NCBI GenBank assembly: GCA_964492225.1
Contig: CAZBJM010000001.1
Span: 30,599 to 94,598, forward strand
From: an uncultured Methanosarcinales archaeon
GTDB taxonomy: Archaea; Halobacteriota; Methanosarcinia; Methanosarcinales; Methanosarcinaceae
Direction: 5' to 3'
Length of the DNA stretch: 64,000 nt
Below are positions 62,578 through 64,000 of this stretch, one piece after another. Position 1 is the stretch's first letter. Each line of letters starts with the position of its first letter. The translations under genes and the position numbers were made by a program. Below the pieces are notes generated by a model that was not told the origin of the DNA, ran no database searches, and saw only the letters and a program-made list of their open reading frames with translations.

Positions 62578-63498
62578 ATGGATGGAACAACAGTACTAAG
62601 CAGCCTTTCTGGCGTAATAAATGGCATGTTGGCCTTTATCCCTATACTAATAGCAGTAATAGTCTTACTGTTCATAGGTTGGATAGCAGGCAAGAACATT
62701 GGCAAAATAGGGGCAAAGATGCTTGATAAGATAGGTCTTGATGACATCATCAACAAGACAGCTTTGGGGAAGATGATAGAAAGAACCGACTTCAGTGTCG
62801 TGCAGGTCTTTGAAGCAGTGATCAAGTGGTTCGTTTATCTTATCTTCGCAGTCATAATCATAGACCTTCTGAAGATCCAGATAGTTGCTTCCTTTATCAC
62901 AAGTATCATTACCTATATCCCCCTCATACTCTCTGCACTGGCGATATTGATAATAGGTCTATTGCTTGTTGATTTCTTTGCAGGCATAATAAAGAACCTG
63001 ATCATTGCAGCTGGTCTGGACGAGCGCATAGATAAAACCTCCATAGGCGTAGGTATGCGCAAGAGCAATATCAGCTTTTCAGGCATTATAGCGGGCATCG
63101 TAAAGATATTTGGATACCTTATGTTCATAATGGCAGCATTGGACATCCTGAACCTTACACTCATAGCGAGTATTGTTTCATCAATGATAGCCTATCTGCC
63201 CAATCTGTTTGCAGGTATCCTGATACTTGTCATAGGGCTTCTTGCCATCGATATGTTCGCAGACTACATAGGCGATCTTCTGAAGAATATGAAGGTCGAA
63301 GGCAGTGAGGTCATTTTGCCTGCTCTCAGGGGATTCCTTGCATTGGTAGTTGTATTGCTTGCCCTTGACACAATGCTCATCAATACGAGTATATTCTATA
63401 TCCTCCTCCAACCAATAGCATGGGGAATAGCCGTAGTGGTCGCATTCAGATGGGGCATAAAGGATGCTATTGTGGCATATGCCAAAGAGAGGAAGTAA
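62578..63498 (+). CDS. membrane protein built from repeated TM-helix pairs (conserved-TM-helix repeat type)
   Basis: Internal repeats, e.g. FIPILIAVIVLLFIGWIAGK, YIPLILSALAILIIGLLLVDFFAG, YLPNLFAGILILVIGLLAIDMFAD. Confidence 0.55.
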   Translation: MDGTTVLSSLSGVINGMLAFIPILIAVIVLLFIGWIAGKNIGKIGAKMLDKIGLDDIINKTALGKMIERTDFSVVQVFEAVIKWFVYLIFAVIIIDLLKIQIVASFITSIITYIPLILSALAILIIGLLLVDFFAGIIKNLIIAAGLDERIDKTSIGVGMRKSNISFSGIIAGIVKIFGYLMFIMAALDILNLTLIASIVSSMIAYLPNLFAGILILVIGLLAIDMFADYIGDLLKNMKVEGSEVILPALRGFLALVVVLLALDTMLINTSIFYILLQPIAWGIAVVVAFRWGIKDAIVAYAKERK

Positions 63499-63540
63499 AT
63501 AGAGGAACATGTGATTTGACCATTGTGGGTCAGATACACA

Positions 63541-63589
63541 ATACCGGATAAAGACAGTAGGGGAATATCCGGTATCTTTTTTATTTTTA
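63541..63589 (+). terminator. hairpin plus T-run after the membrane-protein gene
   Basis: ataccggat (63541-63549) pairs with atccggtat (63567-63575), followed by ttttttattttt. Confidence 0.5.
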
Positions 63590-63651
63590 CATAAGCTTCG
63601 TGTGGACTTAAATATTGATACTTTTACATGCCTTGGACCTTATTGGCGGGC

Positions 63652-63860
63652 ATGAATGTCTAATTAGAATTTCGCTTTATAACCTTTTCTCATTTCTTAG
63701 CATATCGGTCTTTTTGCGCCCATTTCAATAGTATTATTGAGCTGCCAATAAAAACGCGCGCGCATGTGACGAAGGGCCCTAGTTTGACTATAAATGTGCA
63801 CGCGGTTTTGAAGTTTAGAAAGATCGTCTGATCAGAAATTGATGAAATATGATACAACCC
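63652..63860 (-). repeat. MITE-like repeat, divergent subfamily, copy G
   Basis: Reverse complement reads atcatatttcatcaatttctgatcagacg..aaaaccgcgtgca..catgcgcgcgcgttttt..gcgaaattctaattagac. Matches copy F. No clear flanking duplication. Confidence 0.7.
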
Positions 63861-64000
63861 AAGTTTGACAGTTTCTACTCCTTGCAAAAGAGAATGTCCT
63901 CTATTTTCGCCCAAAATTTTCTTTTTTTTGTCAAGAAATCCAATTTGACAGTACAAACAATTTCACTTAAAATACTACGATTTTGACCATTTTTTCCTTA

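Overview
Gene-dense chromosomal window from a Methanosarcinales-type methane-metabolising archaeon; species cannot be assigned from sequence alone. Most of it is core metabolism and information processing. In order: ilvD; a PHP phosphoesterase and a HAD hydrolase; a solo tnpB (IS200/IS605 family); an FKBP isomerase; a sugar-phosphate nucleotidyltransferase; a radical-SAM protein; a four-gene archaeal Tad/Epd-like type IV filament module (MinD/ParA-like, secretion ATPase, two TadB/C-like membrane proteins); two-subunit class I fumarate hydratase; tRNA-Leu(CAA); PolD large subunit; mmp10 next to mcrBDCGA; a hydantoinase-family gene. A redox region follows, holding two formylmethanofuran dehydrogenase gene sets (G-like/B/D and DBAC), an FTR-like protein, a cupin, hcp, an hdrA::mvhD fusion and a polyferredoxin. 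After that come moeA and a six-gene translationally coupled coenzyme M operon (cysteate synthase-like ... comD comE) that encloses three uncharacterised genes. The window ends with topoisomerase VI B/A, TPR and J-domain proteins, an N-terminally extended peroxiredoxin, and HD-domain and membrane proteins. Three signals stand out. (1) A dense, apparently non-coding MITE-like repeat family has at least 7 copies; the three full-length copies each have imperfect terminal inverted repeats and a perfect 5-bp flanking duplication, and all copies share a conserved GC-box with stem potential. (2) One copy sits in a 478-bp insert bracketed by an 80-bp duplication of a gene 3' end. (3) The ABC-ATPase / G3E-NTPase / Fe-S-motif gene trio is embedded in the CoM operon. 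No CRISPR array, rRNA, prophage or recognisable defence island was seen. All calls come from reading the sequence and ORF translations by eye; no database search was run.
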